DNA of 64,000 nt from an uncultured bacterium (GTDB lineage: Bacteria > Auribacterota > Erginobacteria > Erginobacterales > Erginobacteraceae): positions 96,001-160,000 of the forward strand of contig CAWGIE010000047.1 in the NCBI GenBank assembly GCA_963822585.1, given 5' to 3'. The notes below the pieces were generated by a model, which did not search any database, was not told where the DNA came from, and saw nothing but the letters and a program-made list of their open reading frames with translations. The position numbers and the translations under genes are program-made. This document shows positions 60,320-64,000 of the stretch, piece after piece. Positions within the stretch are counted from its first letter, which is position 1. Each line of letters begins with the position of its first letter.

Positions 60320-61735
60320 ATGAAACAGCAGAAAACCAACAGGCGCCGGCCGGCCGGAGTGTCCCTGGCCCTGGCGATCTGGGCCGTCTTCTTCGGGATC
60401 GTCATTATCCTGAATGTGAAAACCTTCCCGGAGCCTTTCTCGGCGTCCCGCGCGGCGGCGGTCGGGATCGCGGCCGTCGGATTATTCGTTCTGCTCGCTT
60501 TCGCGCGCGGAAAAAAATGGGCGCGGAGCACGTTCCTGTCCCTGGGTTTAATAGGCTGCGCGATCACTCTCTGGGCGATCTTGCTCGGGTGGCTGCGCCA
60601 TCAGCCCATCCCCGTCGGTGTTCTGGCCGCCCTGGCGGCCGCCCTGATATCCGTCCTGCTGGTGGTTTCGAGAAGCGCCCGGAGGTACTGTGCGCCTCCG
60701 GCCATACGGGAGCTGACTTCGACGGTTCTTGTCCGCCAGCCCGGCGCGGTGAGGAGTGCCGCGGCCGGCGTTTCGCCGGCACCGGGTCCCCGCCGGAAGA
60801 GATGGCTTTTCCTGATCCCGGTCGTCCTCCTGCTGGGCGCGGCATTGTTCTATCTCTGGGGCGAGATGAGGGGCGGCGGAAGCGCCGCGCTGGAAGACGA
60901 AGCCCTGCTCTCCACCCTCCAGCAGGCGGGAAACCGCGTAAACAGGCCGGCATCCTCCCCAACTCTGGCGGACGATTTGCGGCAGGGGATCGAGTTCTAT
61001 GAAAAGAAAGCCTGGGCGCAGGCGGTACCGTTATTATGGCGCGCCAGCCGGGCGGATCCCGGCAACGCCGAGGTCTTCTTTTATCTGGGAGAGAGCCTGG
61101 GCAGCCTGAAGGGGATGGCGGAAGAGGAGCAGTATGTCCGCACGGCGATCGGTCTCAGCCCGTTTCAATGGCGGTTTCACGGCATCTACGGCAGCAGCAG
61201 TTATTTTGTCCGGCAGGACGCCCGGGCGCAGCGGGAGTATCGGATTTTACGGGAACTCGACCCGGCCCGCGGGGCCGAGTATCAGACATGGCTGCAGACA
61301 AACAAGCGGCGGGAGCCGATTATCGTCCAGGGGCGGTTTTATATCAAACAAGCGGCCTATTTCTTCAGAAAACTGCTGCCAACGGTCCCGACCCGGCCGG
61401 ATCTGGAGGACGCGGCCTATCGTCTGGGTTTGAGAAAGGTAACGGGCGCGGACGTGCTGATGTACCTGACCGCGATCGGGGCTGACAGCCGGGACGCCCG
61501 GGCTCATTTTATGCTGGGATACCTGTATTACCGGCGAGGGGAGATGGGGAAAAGCATTTCGTACTTCCAGAAGGCCGAGAGCCTGGGATTCACGGACCGG
61601 GCGCTCTACTACTGGCTCGGACTGGCGTACCTCGAGAAGGGGGATCCCTGGCAGGCGCTGATTCATTACGAGTATTTAAAAAAGGGGAGAAATCCCCTGG
61701 CCGCTGATTTATTCGCGCGGCTTTATCCGGTGTAA
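60320..61735 (+). CDS. Membrane-anchored TPR protein
   Basis: About five TM helices followed by TPR motifs (AHFMLGYLY, LYYWLGLAY). Confidence 0.8.
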   Translation: MKQQKTNRRRPAGVSLALAIWAVFFGIVIILNVKTFPEPFSASRAAAVGIAAVGLFVLLAFARGKKWARSTFLSLGLIGCAITLWAILLGWLRHQPIPVGVLAALAAALISVLLVVSRSARRYCAPPAIRELTSTVLVRQPGAVRSAAAGVSPAPGPRRKRWLFLIPVVLLLGAALFYLWGEMRGGGSAALEDEALLSTLQQAGNRVNRPASSPTLADDLRQGIEFYEKKAWAQAVPLLWRASRADPGNAEVFFYLGESLGSLKGMAEEEQYVRTAIGLSPFQWRFHGIYGSSSYFVRQDARAQREYRILRELDPARGAEYQTWLQTNKRREPIIVQGRFYIKQAAYFFRKLLPTVPTRPDLEDAAYRLGLRKVTGADVLMYLTAIGADSRDARAHFMLGYLYYRRGEMGKSISYFQKAESLGFTDRALYYWLGLAYLEKGDPWQALIHYEYLKKGRNPLAADLFARLYPV

Positions 61736-61739
61736 GGGG

Positions 61740-62522
61740 ATGCACCCGGGAGGAGGATTCATGCCGATCGGACCCTTTTCATCACTGATGATTTTGAAAT
61801 CCCCGGCACTCGCCATCCCGGCGGTCGCCGCGGCCCTGGCGGTGCTGGCCGCGGTGATGGCGGGCTGCCGCTCCGACCCGCCGGCGCCTCCTCCGGAAGA
61901 ACGCCCGTCCGCCCGGGCGGCCTATCCGGCGCACTGGTGGGCGGCAGTCTCTCCGGAGGGCGCTCCCGAATGGGAAATTCTGCCCGCGGAGGCCGGCCCC
62001 GGCGAAGTGATCCTCTCCAAGCGCAACGAGCTGGGCCTGCTTTCCAACTTCGCCCCGACGCCGTTTGTCTTCCGCGGCCGGCATTACGCCAGCCTGGAAG
62101 GCTTCTGGCAGATGATGAAGTATCCCGAGAACGACGAAGACCCCCGGGCGCGGTTTCCCGGGCTGGTCTGGGAGCACACGCGGGAGCAGGTGGCGCAGAT
62201 GACCGGATTCGAGGCGAAGGAAGCGGGAAACGCGGCCGGCCGGAACATGGAGAAGATGGGCATCGACTGGGTCACCTTCGAGGGTGAACGGATGGAGTAC
62301 CGTCCCGCCGTGCCGGGGAGACAGTACCAGCTGATCGAGGCGGCGACGCGGGAGAAGGTGCGGCAGAACCCCGAGGTCGGGGAGGTGCTCCTCTCCACGG
62401 GCGACCTGATCCTGAAGCCCGATCATCACCAGGAGCCCGATCCTCCCGCCGCCTGGCGGTACTACGACATCCTCACCCGGATCCGCTCGGAGCTGCGGCG
62501 GGAAGAAGAGAAGAAGCCCTGA
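61740..62522 (+). CDS. NADAR-like protein with putative lipoprotein signal; start uncertain
   Basis: LSNFAPTPF..Y.SLEGFWQ..K; K..QNP..LLSTGD; VMAG-C lipobox-like. Confidence 0.7.
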   Translation: MHPGGGFMPIGPFSSLMILKSPALAIPAVAAALAVLAAVMAGCRSDPPAPPPEERPSARAAYPAHWWAAVSPEGAPEWEILPAEAGPGEVILSKRNELGLLSNFAPTPFVFRGRHYASLEGFWQMMKYPENDEDPRARFPGLVWEHTREQVAQMTGFEAKEAGNAAGRNMEKMGIDWVTFEGERMEYRPAVPGRQYQLIEAATREKVRQNPEVGEVLLSTGDLILKPDHHQEPDPPAAWRYYDILTRIRSELRREEEKKP

Positions 62523-62729
62523 GAGTATTCGCTTATGCGCGCACGGACAGGAATGTCTGTGATGGAGCAGTGTTAAGGGTTAAGTGATAAGTGATAAGAG
62601 GCCCGCGCGCTGCCGCGCTGGAAATTTTTACATAATAAATGAGCGAGCAAAGCTCGCTCATTTAACACAGACAGGAATGTCTGTGCTACCTTGGCTGACC
62701 CCCACACAGACAGGAATGTCTGTGCTACC

Positions 62730-63839
62730 CTAATACAGACGATGGCGGAAGAGCCATCCGGCGACAGCCAGGGTGACCAGGCCGATCACGGCCATGGGCC
62801 AGTACTGGGGCAGGAGCAGGCCGGGAGAAGCCCCCTGGAGAAAGACGCCGCGCAGGATCACCAGGAAGTAGCGCAGGGGGTTGAGCAGGGTCAGCTTCTG
62901 GACCAGTGCGGGCATGTTGGCGATGGGGGTGGCAAACCCGGAGAGAATAATGGAGGGGACCAGGAAGAGGAACGCGCCCAGCATTCCCTGCTGCTGGGTG
63001 ACCGCGATCGAGGAGATCATCAGCCCCACCCCGATGGCGGAGAGAAGAAAGAGGAAAAGACCGCCATAGAGGGCGAGGAGGCTTCCCCGGAGGGGAAGGT
63101 GAAACCAGGCGACGGCCATGAAGATAATGAAACTCCCCTCGATGGTCCCGATGATAAAACCGGGCAGGGCTTTGCCGAGCAGGATCTCGCCCGGGCGCAG
63201 GGGGGTGACCAGGAGCTGATCGAAGGTCCCCATCTCCCGTTCCTGGGCGACGGAGAGCGAGGTGACGAGCAGGGTCACCACCAGGGTGAGGAGACCGACG
63301 ACCCCGGGGACGATGAACCAGCGGCTTTCCAGATTGGGGTTGAACCAGTTCCGGATCGTGAGAACGGCGGGGGGCGGGGGATCGCCGGCGGCGGCGATCC
63401 GGTCCAGGTTGAACCGGAGCACGATGTTCCTTAAGTATCCGAGCGCGATCATGGCCGTGTTGGAATCGCGTCCGTCGATAACGGCCTGGATTTGAGCGGG
63501 GCGTTTGAGGAGGAGGTCGCGGGTGAAATACGGGCCGAGATGGAGGACCAGGAGCGCCTTTTTCGAGTCGATCAGGGGGGCGATCTGGCCGTCGGCGGTC
63601 ACCCGGGCGACCTGCTGAAAGGTCGGCGAACCCTTCAGGGCGGAGAGAAAATCCCGGCCGCCGGCGCCGGGGTCTTCGTTATAGACGGCATAGGGAACGT
63701 GGTTCAGATCGTAGGTGGCGGCGTAGCTGAAGATCAGGAGCTGAACGATCGGGGGGACGATCAGCACCACCCTCCTTTTCTTGTCCTTGAGAAGGGCCCG
63801 GAATTCCTTGATCATGAGAGCGATGATTCTGCGAACCAT
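62730..63839 (-). CDS. ABC-2 type exporter permease (YbhR-like)
   Basis: EREMGTFDQLLVTP, LSGFATPIANMP, NPLRYF. Confidence 0.92.
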   Translation of the reverse strand: MVRRIIALMIKEFRALLKDKKRRVVLIVPPIVQLLIFSYAATYDLNHVPYAVYNEDPGAGGRDFLSALKGSPTFQQVARVTADGQIAPLIDSKKALLVLHLGPYFTRDLLLKRPAQIQAVIDGRDSNTAMIALGYLRNIVLRFNLDRIAAAGDPPPPAVLTIRNWFNPNLESRWFIVPGVVGLLTLVVTLLVTSLSVAQEREMGTFDQLLVTPLRPGEILLGKALPGFIIGTIEGSFIIFMAVAWFHLPLRGSLLALYGGLFLFLLSAIGVGLMISSIAVTQQQGMLGAFLFLVPSIILSGFATPIANMPALVQKLTLLNPLRYFLVILRGVFLQGASPGLLLPQYWPMAVIGLVTLAVAGWLFRHRLY

Positions 63840-63848
63840 GTGAATCTC

Positions 63849-64000
63849 CTATTGCAGCCGTTTGCGGGTCCGCTTCCGGACCAGAAAGAAGAGGACCCCC
63901 ATGATGGCCAGCAGGGCCAGGGAATCGGGGATAATGACCGACGCCACGTCCCCGGCCAGAAAGACCGTCTGCAGGATGGAGACGAAATAGCGGGCGGCCA
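63849..64000 (-). CDS. ABC-2 permease C-terminus (YbhS-like), cut by the window edge
   Basis: AARYFVSILQTVFLAGD..RKRLQ*. Confidence 0.85.
   Translation of the reverse strand, partial: AARYFVSILQTVFLAGDVASVIIPDSLALLAIMGVLFFLVRKRTRKRLQ

Overview
Accessory-rich bacterial window with no rRNA, tRNA, cas gene or intact transposase visible. (1) 1-23.7 kb is a defence island. It holds a YprA/DUF1998 helicase-nuclease, a SNF2 helicase, an N6-adenine MTase and a translationally coupled HNH gene (DISARM/ARMADA-like). These are followed by MazG-like plus EVE-PD-(D/E)XK genes, a truncated beta-class MTase, an AbiEi/nucleotidyltransferase pair, a PUA-like/DUF559 nuclease and broken ParB-like and WYL/YafY-like genes. 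(2) 24.5-33.6 kb carries two giant secreted proteins, one with 28 near-identical 40-aa propeller blades. Both end in an almost identical Pro/Thr linker plus 'GDYDGDG..IAIFR..SGLWA.RG.TR.YFG' module that recurs in two more genes (49.2 and 54.6 kb); an orphan foreign-type C-terminus lies between the two giants. (3) 34-64 kb is a mosaic of TA pairs, ParB, a degenerate LigD-PE, a PP2C sensor, SSS and Amt transporters, a radical SAM/GT2 cluster, a NADAR-like lipoprotein and ABC permeases. These are separated by about 50 co-oriented GTAG-type REP palindromes, MITE-like elements, IS21-like ends and duplicated gene-end fragments. All family calls come from visual motif recognition; no database search was run.
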